This document shows, piece after piece, positions 46,293 through 59,253 of a DNA stretch of 64,000 nucleotides. Made by a program: the position numbers and the translations under genes. Origin of the DNA: Heteronotia binoei (Eukaryota). Within the stretch, counting starts at the first letter, position 1. Each line of letters opens with the position of its first letter. The stretch is taken from positions 76,260,001 to 76,324,000 of the forward strand of contig NC_083223.1 in NCBI RefSeq assembly GCF_032191835.1. The letters are read 5' to 3'. The notes beneath the pieces are model-generated. The model had not been told where the DNA came from. It did no database searches and saw only the letters and a list, made by a program, of their open reading frames with translations.

Positions 46293-49200
46293 CATTAGAA
46301 GATTAAAGTACATGATAAGTGTATAAAAGATAAGTTTTTATAGCTAAAAGAAGCAGAATTAACAGTAATTTACTATTCCTATTATAATTAGTAATCCAGG
46401 GTAAAGCTAGTGAACTGTTAATTGACCAGACTTGCATGAGAAGATTCTGAGTGTTATCATCATAACCTAGGGCACAAACTTATAGCCAGTTGTAGTGTTA
46501 CCCATTTATCTTTGTCAGTAACACCACCAGCTTGTTCTGGTCTGACCTCCCTGAACATCGTGACAAATTTTCCTAAGATAGCTTTCATGGTCTACTGCAA
46601 ATCTTTTGAGCCAGATCCCCAGTGGACCTATTGTCTCAAGAAGAGACTCATTCGTTATATGTGTTGTGTATATCCTACTAGTTGTGTTCTCTCTCCTTCT
46701 ATACCACTTGCACAGTGATCTTACCTTGAAGACCACTATATCTAAAAAACAGTCCCCTGGCATTTTCATATATTAGAGAGCTCATAATGTGCCTTGACAG
46801 ATGAGTAGTTTATTTTAATTTTTGGCCTCATTTCTGTTTTAATAGCTTTCTAAATTTTCGGTTCTTAATAAGTTGAATTCCCTACAGTGAAAATCAAACA
46901 ATCAATATATAGTTGCATAGTGCTTCTTGCATTTGTTTCTAGGATAGAGAGACTTAATAGTATAATTGGGGGAGAATCTGAATTTGTTTTTTAAGATTTC
47001 CTGTGTTGGATAGAATGGGGTAATTACATTTTGGTATTTCCACACAGATGGAATATAGTATGTGGGTCATGCTTAATATAGATGTGTTAAAAGTTTAGGC
47101 AACAAGAGGAATCCAACAGTTATAAATCCAAGAAAAGGAGGATTGAAAAAGTATATTGTATGAATAGCTACAAGTGATGTGTAAACTTTTGAGTACTAGA
47201 AAGTTTTGGAACAAGAGTTCCAGTGGATAGTATTATCAGATTTCTTGGTTAGTATGATCCTTCCTCAGAAGCGGTATGCACTCCACTATAGAAGTGAACC
47301 CAAATGCAACAACAAAAATCCCTTAGAATAGGTTGTTAAATTATTTAACGTAGTTAAGGAAATATATTTCAGAAGAGAAACACCAGAACATCCTATATGA
47401 GAACACAAAAAAATGTACAAGCCTTTTCAGTTCCACAGATATCCCACAGAGGCAATACAATAATTTCAAACATAATGATGGTATTCCAGCATGAACACTG
47501 TTGTCTAAAAAAATCTCAGTATCTAAGTAATGATTTTTTTTTCCATTCCTGCTTTTTAAAATTAGAGTCTTCTCTGGGGATGCTGTGAATTTTGTAGTGA
47601 ACATGTTCCACATCCAAATATACTGTGTTTAGCTGAACGCAAGAGAGCCAGTCACCCAGTATGTTCCAGCTCCTGACAAACAAACAGCTGCCAGATACAG
47701 ACTGTTTTCCAACTACTTGCTGAGTCCTTGCCTTCAGGGACCTAGTGAGAAGTTTGGAGGTGGAAGATCAAAAGCTGACAGTCACCTGATATCCTCTGTG
47801 CTTCCATGTCAGTTCTTCATAACCCCAAAAAGACTAGAACACAGAGAAAAGTTTTAGATGAGGACCACTGGAAAAATAGGCTTCTTTTCCCTTTTTGCCC
47901 CGAACTGTCATCTTCAGTTGTGGAGAAAAGTTACTGAATGACATTGTTCTTTGCAGCCCAAGTGGTTTCAGATGGGGAGAGAAGAAAGATGCTTCTCCAT
48001 TTCCCCACCCCAATTGTTAACCTTGAGCCGCAAGCAAATTATTCCTGTTCTTTGCAGACATTGTCAGTTTTTGGTGAAGAAAAAGAAAAAAAGTAATCAC
48101 TTCTTTCATTTCCATTGAAAACTGATAGAATATGAATGATCAGATCCCATGCTCTGCAGCCCAAATTATCATTTTTTGAGGGGGGGGGGATTGGAGAAGG
48201 AAGTAGATAATGTCTACTTATCAAATATAGCTAGGGCTGCAGAGAAGGGCTGTAGTCACTGTTCATTAGCTGGCAATCTTACTACTATGAATAAACTCGG
48301 ATTTTTCAAACTGGCCTGTTGATTAATCAGACGCCTAATCATCAATGGCAAACAGAATGTTAGTTGAACCAGCAGATGCTTGACCCCATCCTAGTCTTCT
48401 CAAATTTGGAATTGCAACCAAATAGAACTGTATTATTTTTAATGTATTATTGAATTTGAATTAATCATTTTTTATTTTATCCTTCAGAAATGTAAGTTCT
48501 TTCTCGATTCTATTTAGCCAAATCTGTGTCCTTTTTTTCTGCATTGGTAGCTAAAAGCAATGCTCAGTGTCAAAAGGCAATTTAAAAAAAAAATAATGGT
48601 CCAGTATTTAGCATAGCCAGAAAAATTGTCACCAGTTTATTAATTGTGCGGACATGTATGGCTTTGCCTGAGGTCACCAGTCATTTCATGGCTGAGTTTG
48701 TGGTTTGAATTGGAGCCTTTTGACATTTTCTTAATGACTCTGTAACCAGAGTTGGCTTTTGACAAAGCAAGACAGGGCAACAAAGTAGGAAGCAATTAGA
48801 GATACCTGTATTTAAGCGACAAGGTTTGTGGAAAAAAACGCCAATGAATACCCTCCTCTCCTTTGCTTCAATCTGTATGTGTCGCTATGAGGAGTTTTTC
48901 AGTGTTTTGTCTCCTCTCTTTGGAAAGCAACTTCCCTCCACATTTAAGAAAGGCTGCAAGAGTTTTCTGTGCAGGACAGCATTGAAGTAAACCATTTGTT
49001 GTGTGAATGAAATCTAAAAGTGAGTTGCAACACTCTTACAGAAGAATCAGGAGGGAGAAGGAAGAACACACAGGGCTTCCTGGTAGGAAAAGTGTCTTGT
49101 CCCTTTGATAGGATGTTACCTCTGTGCTATGAAAGGCTTCACTTGCGCATTTCTACACATTAAGCCTCTTTTAAAAAGGGGAGGAGGTTTCTTGTCTAGG

Positions 49201-49861
49201 TTGTTCACATCCCTAAGAACAGAGTGACCTGAAAAAGGAGACAATAGCAAATTGCCTCTGCATAATAGGCAATATGGCCATGAAAGACAGCTTGTTGTTC
49301 AATAATGCAGTATAGGTACAGAGACTAAATATGGTAAATGGAATATGAACTTTTTTAGTGTTAACTGATGTTAGATTCCTGCACTTTATTGGGGTGGATC
49401 TGTAGAATTACTTGACAAGTGAGTCCCAAGGAGTACAGCAAGTTTAGAGGCGGGTGTCACCATAGATTTTGTTTACATTCACCATATTTACTTAGTGGAA
49501 TATTTTATTTTGTTTTGCAGCCAAAAGCAAGCCCTTAATGTAGCTCACAGTAGTAATAAAAAACAAGAGAACATCTAAAATATTTAAAACATCCTAGTAG
49601 GATCTATTAAAAACAGGAAGCACCATTAGCAATCACTCAGTTCACAAGTTCAAAGGATTTTCTCAGCACAAAGGAGACTTTAGATGGCACCAACTCCACT
49701 GGTGGCTGGTTGTTGTCCAGGTGGTTGGAGGTGGTTACTACTCCACTAGAGAAGCAGCACCTGGCCTCAGGAACTTCACAGTAGATTTTTTCCTTAATTT
49801 CTTCCCTTTCTTCCCTTCATAATTTTCTATAATGGAGGGGTACACCAGCTGTCCTCTAAGG

Positions 49862-49997
49862 CAGGGGTGGCCAACGGTAGCTGTCCAGATATTTTTTGCC
49901 TACAACTCCCACCAGCCCCAGCCAGCATGGCCAATGGCTGGGGCTGATGGGAGTTGTAGGCAAAAAACATCTGGACAGCTACCGTTGGCCACCCCTG
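49862..49997. mobile_element. Hairpin hAT MITE (caggggtggcc family)
   Basis: Near-perfect palindrome with TSD ctctaagg. Confidence 0.9.
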
Positions 49998-51314
49998 CTC
50001 TAAGGAATCTTCCTCCAGCCTAAGAATTCTGTAAACTTAAGTGGCTCTTATATTGGAGGGCTTCAAACTTTGTTCAGTGGAATGGCAGGATATTGGGGTT
50101 GGATCCACCTGTTTTTTTAAAAAATGGAAATAACCTTGAGTGACTGGAAAAGTTAACTGTTAAATAAGTAAAATAAATAATGCATCAAAGAAGAAAAGTG
50201 AGGGACCAGTGAACAGACAAGTCTGCTTTATTTGCTACAGACCTCTTAATGCTCTGATCCATCTATGATTATCAAATCCTGGGTAACCTTACTTCAGATA
50301 GACTGCCCAGATGAAAACAGAAAAAGTGTTGTCTCAGGGGAACTGTACAGAGCTAAACATCTTTTCAGCTACATCCTAATTAGTTTCCCTAGCATCTGTC
50401 TGGCATCCTCATAGGTCATGGTTTACAACTCTCAAGTCATGCTGGGTACTGTATTAGGTCTTGCATTTACTATTTTATGTATTGAAACAGATTTTATTAA
50501 TTGGAGCGTGGAGGTTTTTTTTCCTTTAAGACAAGTGACATTCCCAAAGGTGTTCAAAACCTTTTGAGGGTCAGAAAGATTTATTTGATACAACAACATG
50601 TAGCTGATGTGAATTATTTTGTTAGGCTACTAGGTGTGAGACCAAGCTCATTAGAGAGCCTCTTTTATCATCTTGTTCTTGTACAGTCTTTATTTCTACT
50701 TTTTAAAATTGTGATCTTAAAGTTTTTAATTGCAGAGTGTGCCAGAAGTTTCATGTTAGTAACAGAAACATGGTTCTAAGGCAGCAAGCCTAATTCCAAC
50801 AGATAATGTGTGGAAAGTGCTTTTAAAAAGCACTTCCTGTCTTGCTATTGAAAAGCCAGTTTGTATGGATAGTTCTTACTCTGCTTCTAAAAACTTGTCA
50901 CAAACTGATTAACCTCTACTGGAGCAACTTTCAAAATATTTAGGTAGGCCCAGCTAATGTTGTTGCCTTGGTTGAAGGATGCATTCGGTTACCCTTTCTG
51001 GTTGATAATGAAACAGTAATCAACCAAGGATTGGCTTCTTATTTTATTGCAAGCCTGAACAACCTAAGGAGTGTGGACCAGTTGCATCTCCCTCTCTTCC
51101 TGTGTTTCTTCCAGGGTAGTTTTACAGTTTGTTATTTCTGGCCCTGTCTGAAGCCCAACTTGCACAGGTTTGTTGACAGGCTACCATTTTCTTCTCTACA
51201 TTTTTCTTTCTCTCCTGCATTCAAAACTATATTGTAGAGTTAGTGCCCAGGCCTTCTGGACTACACAGAAGATTCCCTAAATCGGTGTCTGATGCCCAGA
51301 AATTGTAGGAAGAA

Positions 51315-53545
51315 ATAAGACTGTAAGAGAAGTTGGACCCAGCCAATGGCCCATCTAGTCCAGCACTCTGGGTCACACAGTGGCCAAAACCCAGGTGCAA
51401 TCAGTAGGTCCACCAGAACTCCAGAAGCCCTCCCATTGTGTTGCCTCCCCAAGCAAGAATACAGACAGTGTTCCAGACAATATCTATATGTTGTGGCTAA
51501 TAACCACTGATGGACCTCTGCTTCATATGCTTATCCAGTCCCATCTTGATGCTGTCTGTGTTTGTACTTTTCATCACTTCCTGCAGCAGTGAATTCCACA
51601 TATGAATTACTCTTGGGGTGAAGAAGTACTTCCTTTTATCTGTTCTAAGCCTACTACACATTAATTTCACTGAATGCCATATTCATGTATTGTGAGAAAG
51701 GAGAAAAGTACTACTTTCTCTACCCCATGCATAATTTTGTACACCTCTCATGTCACCCCGTGTAAAAAGCCCTAAGTAACTTTTTTTTCATAGGGAAGGT
51801 GTTCCATCCCTTAATCATTTTAGTTGCCCTTTTCTGCACCTTTTCCAATGCCATATCTTTTTGAGGTGCAGTGACCAGAACTGTACACAGTTTTCCAAAT
51901 GAAATCACACCATAGATTTATACAGGGGCATGATGATACTGGCTGATTTGTTTTCAGTTCTCTTCCTAATAATCCCTAGTATAGCATTTGCCTTTTTAAT
52001 TGCACTTGCACACTGAGTTGACATTCTCAATAAGTTACCTACCACAATTCCAAGAACTCTTTCCTGGTCAGTTACTGCCAGTTCAGACCCTATCAACATA
52101 TATTTAGGATTTTTGGCTTGAAAGCATATAGCTTTGCACATGTTGAACTTCGCCACATTATCATCTACTTGCCCAGGCTGGAGTGCCTCACAATCTTCCC
52201 TTGTTCTTACCGCACTGAGCAACTTAGTGTCACCTGCAAACTTAGCCCCTTCACTGCTTATTCTCAAGTCCAAACCATTAATGAACAAGTTAAAAAGCAC
52301 CAGACCTAGTACCAAGCCCTGTGGTGCCACACTGCTTACCACCTTCCATTGTGAAAACTTCCCATTTATACTCACTCTGTTTCCTGTTAATTAACCAGTT
52401 TTTAATCTACAAGAGGACTTGTCCTCTTATCCCATGACAGCTTTTACTTAGGAGCCTCTGAAAAGGAACTTTGTCAAAAGCTTTACGGAAGACTTGGTAA
52501 ACATCTACCGGGTCATCCTTATCCACATGTTTGTTCGTCCCCTCAAGAGAACTCTATTTTTTGAAACAAATTTTATTACATTTTCCAAAAGGATCAGAAG
52601 GGGATGGGAGGGGAAAAAGGGAAAAATTCCTCAAGTACATAGCTCACTTGAATTCTCTGTATCCAGCTCTATAGATATATAACAACATTAAGTGCAATAA
52701 GGAAAATAAAACAAGATGTCTATGAGAAATACGCATACCACTATAGTCATCCTGTGTGTCAATTCATTTATGGTCGAGATTAACCTGTCATTTTACGGAG
52801 TGATACCCATATTTATTTGAAAACAACTATAGAAGGGTAACCAGATGTCCTTATTTCTTTGGGTATCACCTCCACTCAATGCAGTTGAAAGAACGTCCAT
52901 TTCTGCTACTTCAAAGATTTTCTCAAATAATTCTTCTTTGGAGGGTATTTCAGCACTTTTCCATAATTTTGCCATGGCAACTCTCACTACTGTTATCACA
53001 TGTATAATTAGATACTTAGCATTTTTATCAATATCATTTGGTGTTATATTTAACAAAAACAATTCAGGATTAAATGGTATAGTTCTAGATAACATTTTTT
53101 GTAAACATTCATGTATCATATGCCAATATTTCTTTACCAAATTGCATGTCCACCAAGTATGATAGTACGTTCCAGTTTGTTTTTTATATTTCCAACACTT
53201 GCCCTCAGAGAACTCTAAAAGGTTAATGAGACAAGATCTTCCCTTACAAAATCCATACTGAGTCTTCTTCAGTAGCTTTTGTTCATCAATATGCCTACTA
53301 ATTGTATCTTTAATAATGAATTCCACCAGCTTACCCAGTATCGATGTTAGACTGACCATCATGTAATTTCCAGAATTTTCTCTGGAAATTTTTTAAAAGA
53401 TGGGGGGTTACAGTAGCTACCTTCCAGTCTTCATGAATGGAGACAGATTTTAGCGATAGATTGCATGTTTTCAGCAAGGGATTCAAAAGTTCACATTTGA
53501 GTTCTTTCAGAACTCTTGGATGTATGACATCTGGATCTGGTAACA
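51315..53545 (-). mobile_element. CR1 LINE, decayed, interrupted by an L1 fragment
   Basis: Minus ORFs with IHPRVLKEL, QYGFCKGRSCLINLLEF, PQGLVLG and FAGDTKL. 3' UTR homologous to other CR1 copies near 51315-51420. Confidence 0.88.
52557..53202 (-). mobile_element. L1-clade LINE 3' fragment inserted in CR1
   Basis: KCWKYKKQTGTYYHTWWTC knuckle, poly(T) at 52557, TSD cctca(a)gagaactcta (52541-52556, 53203-53217). Confidence 0.85.
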
Positions 53546-55699
53546 GTAGGAAAATGACTGAGAAAACCCACATCAGTTGCTATGAAGATGTGGAGAAACA
53601 AAACAATTGATGTAGCAAAGATGTTCATGCTGACAGGAGAGAGAGAGAGAGAGATGGGATTAAACATACCTGCTGGTGGAGGGAAAGGGAAATAACAAAC
53701 ATGAGAGTGCACTGGGAAAAAACAAGGAGTGCAGTGGGGTAGAGAAAAAAAGAAAGAATAACAGAGATGTGCTTGTATGAATACCTTGTGCAGGGTATAG
53801 AAAAGAATAATGAAAATATACCATAATAGATATGTACATACCATGCTGTAATATCAGACAAGTAGAAAACATCCTATATAAACTATTGCCATTCAGATAC
53901 AAGCACCAATAGACAGCAAAATCCCATCTACTATATTAGCCTGTGCTATATTAAATATCCTCCCAACAATGGCTTACAGGCTTTTAGAAACAGGAAGAGA
54001 AAATACAATGCTCATTTTCTCTGGAATTTTGTTCTAGAGGGATGGGGCTACTACTGACAGAGCCCACACCAGGGCTAAGGCTAGTCTTACTGTGCTTACC
54101 CCTTCAGTGACAGTTGCCATTACTTTGGTCTTGGGTGTGTTCAATCACCGTAAGATTGTTCACATCCAGATATAGTTGTGCCAGTGGAGGAAGAACTCAG
54201 GCTGAAGAATTGCACTTGTGCTTCTTACAGTCATTTATTTATTTATTCATTCATTCATTCAATCATTCATTCAATCAGTCAATCAAATTTATATCCCACC
54301 CTCCCTAACTTGCATAGCAAATTCTTCCTGACACGTTATTTAGGTACATGTTAACTACAGTTTACGCTAACTAGATTCCTCATTTAACCATATTTCATAA
54401 CCAGCTTCATACAAGTGGGAAGGGAAAACTCTCTGGGGAACGGTAGGCTGCAGTTCAGCAGCCTCTCCATTAACCATGGTGTTTGAAATATGGGACTTGT
54501 CACATCTATTTCAGACTACCTGGAAAAAACCACCACAACTGCAAATGAAAATGAGAGATGTGAATATCATAGCATTGTACTTTGCAAGAGATATTAAAAG
54601 AAACCAAGATTTTTTTTAAAAAAATCTCTATTCCATTAAAAGGTAATTAATTGGACACTTCAGATAAGGCCAACAAAATACTTAAGCGCATAATGGTTTT
54701 AAGATCCTCAGTTTTTCCTTCAACGAGGTTCTAATTGCATAAGTTTTAACTGAATTAAGCATACTGGATCAATGTACCTGCTTCACGCATTCTGTGCAGA
54801 GACTGTTCCAGTACATTTCTTCATAACTATTTTAGCTGCATTACCTGTAGGATAGTATCAGAAACAATAATGTCGCCCTCACATGTCAATAATGTCACCT
54901 AAGAATTAGGCTTATTTAGAGAGGAACAAATATAATAATTGTTCCACATTAGAGAAGACTGAGGTCTTTCTCCTTCTAAAAAATATGGTTTCCATAACCA
55001 TATGCAGCTCCTGATTCCAAACGTGTGGACAGTGAAAATACAAGCTGTGTCAGCTCTCTGAAACTGCCTGCAAAAAAATTGCTATTAGGTTAATATTTTT
55101 CAATTTCAGATCACACATTTCAAGAGAAATTTTCTTAATGCATTTACAGAAAACTAATTTTAAAGTAAATTATTCATTGAAAATCCTACTCTATTCCAAT
55201 TGCAGATATGTACAGAAATCTAATAATTTCTTCTTGCACTTTAAAAAACGTTATACCCAATATTTGATTTAATAAATGAATGGCTTATTATAGTCATAGA
55301 CCAGCACAATAATACATGCAATGCAAAATATATTTATAAATATGCAGATGATATAGAAAAACAAGTCTAACTCATTAAATCAGTATGCAACTGTGATAAA
55401 CTCCAGTAGTTACTTTAATTCAAGATTCATGGTCCAAAAGAATATTTTGAGGAGGATGGCAGTAATAAAAGCATATCTGAGATTGCAAGTAAAACATGTC
55501 CAACAGTTTCAATTTCACCACTTGTACAAGGACACGTACATTCCTGTTATTGCACATCATGCAAAGGGAAGAATATTAAATAAAGTCCACGTAAACGTTT
55601 TCCTATATTTGGGAATTAATCAATTAGATAGAAAAGAGGTCTGATGAGCTATCACTACTATCATATATTTTGCAACTCGCAAAGTCATTTGTTGTTCTT

Positions 55700-56160
55700 T
55701 GTCACTTAGCAGCTGTGAAACACTGGCCTCCATAGAAACAATATTCTTTCCAATGAAAGAAAATATCAATTTATGTCTGGTATCTGAAAATCAAGGGCAT
55801 TCAAGAAGAATATGATCAATAGTATCAATTTTCTCTAATCCACAGGCATACAATAGAGTTTCATATTTTGAAAAGCAAAAAAGAGGACATGTTTCCTGAC
55901 TGACTACTTCAAACAACTGATCACTTTGACAAATCTCATTTTAATTACCCTTACTATTTTAGCTGAAACTTGCCTCCAGTGAGGGACTATAGGGCTCAGT
56001 CTCACGACCCAAAAAGGATATTTTCACCAGTTTTTTTACGAATCCAAAAGAGAAAGAGCCCCCCCAAAAAGGGCATGTCCTTTTAAAAGATGGCATCTGA
56101 TAATCCTAATACATGATCTATCAGAGAACAATATCCCAAAGTACCTTACTGTCACAACTG
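55700..56160 (-). mobile_element. Highly degraded LINE RT C-terminus (clade not determined)
   Basis: Manual minus translation gives VRYFGILFSD (about 56130) and ACGLEKIDTIDHILLECP (about 55800-55850). Confidence 0.5.
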
Positions 56161-56254
56161 CTAAATAGGATTGCCAAACCCCTGGTGTGGGTGGGGGTCT
56201 CCTGGATTTGGGCATTCCTCCCCCCCACCAAAAAAAAAATCACCCCCTTTTACA

Positions 56255-56721
56255 GGCAAGAGCCGTATGACACTTGATGTGCGACACACAACACTTTCAT
56301 TGCACAGAATATATAACGCTTTCCCATTGCGTTCAATCACTCCAAATGACTCTGTCCAGGCCTCTTGGAATGATCTTCCACTATCTATTTTTGCTTTTTT
56401 TGCTGTACTCATTTTTGGGTGTTCAAGACTTGGAGTCTACAAAAACATAAAATTTAAAAAGAAATGAAGCACCCAATACAAATCTAAACAGATAGAACAC
56501 CTTGTCATGTACAGTTCCCCAAGCTCCTATTAACCTAGAAGTACAGTCACTGGAAAAGCAAATGAAGAATGCAGCTCCCCTGACACAAACATCTTGGTTC
56601 CTGTTGTATTCACTCAACAGCCACCACTACACATTATTTCACAGACAGCTGCATGACCCCACAAACAAGATTTGCAATAAATACAAAACTGAACCCAACT
56701 GCAGGCTTTGGAACACCTTTG
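56255..56721 (-). mobile_element. hAT (Buster/Charlie-type) 5' end with transposase N-terminal fragment
   Basis: ORF 56161-56412 (KKAKIDSGRSFQEAWTESFGVIERNGKALYILCNESVVCRTSSV) is a BED-finger-like start. TIR-like caaaggtgttccaaa on the minus strand at 56721. Confidence 0.7.
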
Positions 56722-56792
56722 CTCCATGAAAAAATAAAATGTGAACACATCCTTAAAACATTTTTTAAAATGTTTAAAACCACTGCACAATA

Positions 56793-56985
56793 CAGAGAAG
56801 ATATTAGATTTACATCCCATCCTCCACTCAGAGCGGTCACAATCTCCTTTACCTTCCCACCCCCCCACACACAACAGACACCCTGTGATGTGAGGTGAGT
56901 GGGGTTGAGAGGGCTCTCACAGCAGCTGCCCTTTCAAGGACAACTCCTGTGAGAGCCATGGCTGACCCAAGGCCATTCCAGCAGG
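56793..56985 (-). mobile_element. tRNA-derived SINE (Squam3-like), 3' part
   Basis: Homologous to the body and tail of 42193-42457. Confidence 0.75.
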
Positions 56986-57275
56986 TGACCACAAGTGACC
57001 CTGAGAGCAGGCTCTCAAATGATTCCTGCTGGAGATCATGTCTGAATGTGCCATTTTAGTATGCATATACATTGTGGATTACTTGGGCAAGTAACTCTCT
57101 CAGCTTACCAGACTGTTGTGAAGATATAAAATAGAAGACACATGTTGTTGCCTTGAGCTCCCTAGAGAAACAATACAAGTATATAATAAATCAATTACCC
57201 TGGCTGTGGGATTTACAGACTCGGGTCACAAACCTTTGGGACATGCCTCCATGGAAATTACTTGGATTTGTTTCC

Positions 57276-57665
57276 AACTCCTCCCGGGACCCTGAGCAAG
57301 ATACCGGTTCTCTCCCTTCTCCCCCCACCCCCGCCGAGAAAAGCCTCCCACCCGCCCCAGTCCACCCAAACAACCTCTGCTGCCACGTTGCACATGGGTC
57401 CCAGGAGAGAACTCCTCCCAGGGCCCTGAGCAAGATGCCGGTTCTCCCCCTTCCCCCCCCCCCAGATAAGCCTTCCACCCACCCCAGTCAACCCAAAGCG
57501 ACCCCCGCCACTGCTGCCATGTTGCACATGGGTCCCGGGAGAGAACTCCTCCTGGGACGCTGAGCAAGATGCCAGCTGTCCCCCTTCCCCCCCCCAGAGA
57601 AAAGCCTCCCACCTGCCCCAGTCCACCCAAAGCAACCCACTCCCTCCGAGCTGCACATGGGCCCA
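57276..57665. repeat. GC-rich minisatellite, 134-bp unit, about 2.9 copies
   Basis: aactcctcc..ctgagcaagat recurs at 57276, 57410 and 57544. Confidence 0.85.
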
Positions 57666-58045
57666 GCAAGCTGCCGACGGCTCTCTGCCTCCCCCAAGAC
57701 TTCCGCCCACCCAATCCCACCAAAAGCTCTCCGCCACCCCAACACTCACCTTACTCTTCTGGCACGTGGCAGCAGGGTCGCAGAAGTTTCACTTTCTCTT
57801 CTCTTATCTTCTCGGCCCAACTGGGGGCTTCTGGGAGCTGGGGGTGCGGTTTGGCTGCCAGAGTAGAGGGCCTCTTGGCTGGCCACCCGCGCACTCAGCC
57901 ACCTCTTTACTAAAAAAAAAAAAAAGTTTACACGTTCTGCTTGCCGGCATGTTTTGTTTCTGATTTTGGGCAAAGGCGCACATGCCGACAGAGAGGCCTT
58001 GGCGTGCCGGGTCTGGCACGCATGCCATGGTTTTGCCCACACTGG

Positions 58046-58500
58046 CCTTTACTGTAATGCCCCTGTATAGACCTTTTGTGTGATCGTATTTGGAATACTG
58101 TGTACAGTTCTGGTTACAGGATCTCAAAAAGGACATTGCAGATCTGGAAAAAGTACAGAAGAGGGCAACCAAGATTATTAGGAGGGTGGAGTACCTTCCC
58201 TGTGAGGAAGGACTGAAGAGTCTGAGACGTTTCAGTTTGGATAATAGACATCAAAGGAGGACAAGTTAGAGGTTTATAAAATTATGCATGGGATGGAGGG
58301 AGTTGACAAAGAGAAGTTTTTCTCCTCTCAAAATACTAGAACTTGAGGGCATCCAATGAAGCTGATGGGCAGTAGAATTCAGGACAGGTAGAAAGAAATG
58401 CTTGTTTACTCAGTTATTAAAATGTGGTGTTCGCTGCCAAAGGATGTAGTGGTGGTAGCCACAGGAATAGATAGCTTTAAAAGAAGATTAGATAGATTCA
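58046..58500 (+). mobile_element. CR1 LINE 3' coding fragment, old
   Basis: tttggaatactgtgtacagttctgg, ctggaaaaagtacagaagagggcaacc and related segments are homologous to other CR1 copies. Confidence 0.85.
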
Positions 58501-58502
58501 CC

Positions 58503-58590
58503 CAGGGCTTTCGTTGCAGGAGCTCATTTGCGTATCAGGCCACACCCCTGGACACCAAGTCAGAACTGTGTTCCTGTGCTTCCTGCTCAA
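58503..58590. mobile_element. MITE fragment (cagggcttt family)
   Basis: ctcatttgcgtatcaggccacaccc..gttcctgtg..cctgctcaa is homologous to 63689-63888. Confidence 0.6.
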
Positions 58591-58770
58591 CCCCCCCCCC
58601 CCCCCCGGATTCACCCATCTATCAGTGGCTAGTAACCACTCCACATTCAGAGGCACTAATATAAGGTTACAGTTTTCACTAAGTGTAGTGTTTTAAAAAC
58701 TCATTGAATGAATATAAGCTTTGCAGCAGATTGTATAAGAATATTCCTACATGTGGCAGTTGATATATAT

Positions 58771-58879
58771 CAAGGGTGGCCAACGGTAGCTCTCCAGAAG
58801 TTTTTTGCCTACAACTCCCATCAGCCCCAGCCAACATGTAGGCAAAAAACATCTGGAGAGCTACCGCTGGCCACCCCTG
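58771..58879. mobile_element. Hairpin hAT MITE (caggggtggcc family), internally deleted
   Basis: TIRs present, TSD atatatat. Confidence 0.85.
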
Positions 58880-58966
58880 ATATATATTATGATTTCAGTA
58901 AAACAGGTTACCATTTGGTTATGTCCAGACTGTCTACCTTTGTAGTGCTAGGTTATGTTACTCTTT

Positions 58967-59253
58967 GGTCGTTTTCGCACTCACCTCCAGCCGGCACGAC
59001 CCCCCTCTTCACCGCGCAGGATCTGCGCGGATTTCACACTAAATGCCGCGGAGCAGCCTTTTGCGCCGGAAACTCCCGTCGCAAAAGCTGCTCAAACGTA
59101 AATCGCCAAAAAGCAGTTTGGCGTTTGCGCGGCTTTTGCGACGGGAGTTTCCAGCGCAAAAGGCTGCTCCGCGGCATTTAGCGCGAAATCCGTGCAGATC
59201 CTGCGCGGTGAAGAGGGGGGTCGCGCCGGCTGGAGGTGAGTGCGAAAACGACC
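58967..59253. mobile_element. Palindromic MITE, probably PIF/Harbinger
   Basis: 132-bp inverted arms starting ggtcgttttcgcac, 23-nt spacer, 3-bp TSD ttt. Confidence 0.75.

Noticed and set aside
52793-53362. 189-aa ORF fusing a CR1 RT segment to an L1 C-terminal domain
   Set aside because: A chance in-frame junction made by the L1 insertion (TSD visible); both parents are decayed and truncated.
57153-57913. Cluster of Pro/Gly-rich ORFs on both strands
   Set aside because: Translation products of the GC-rich 134-bp minisatellite.
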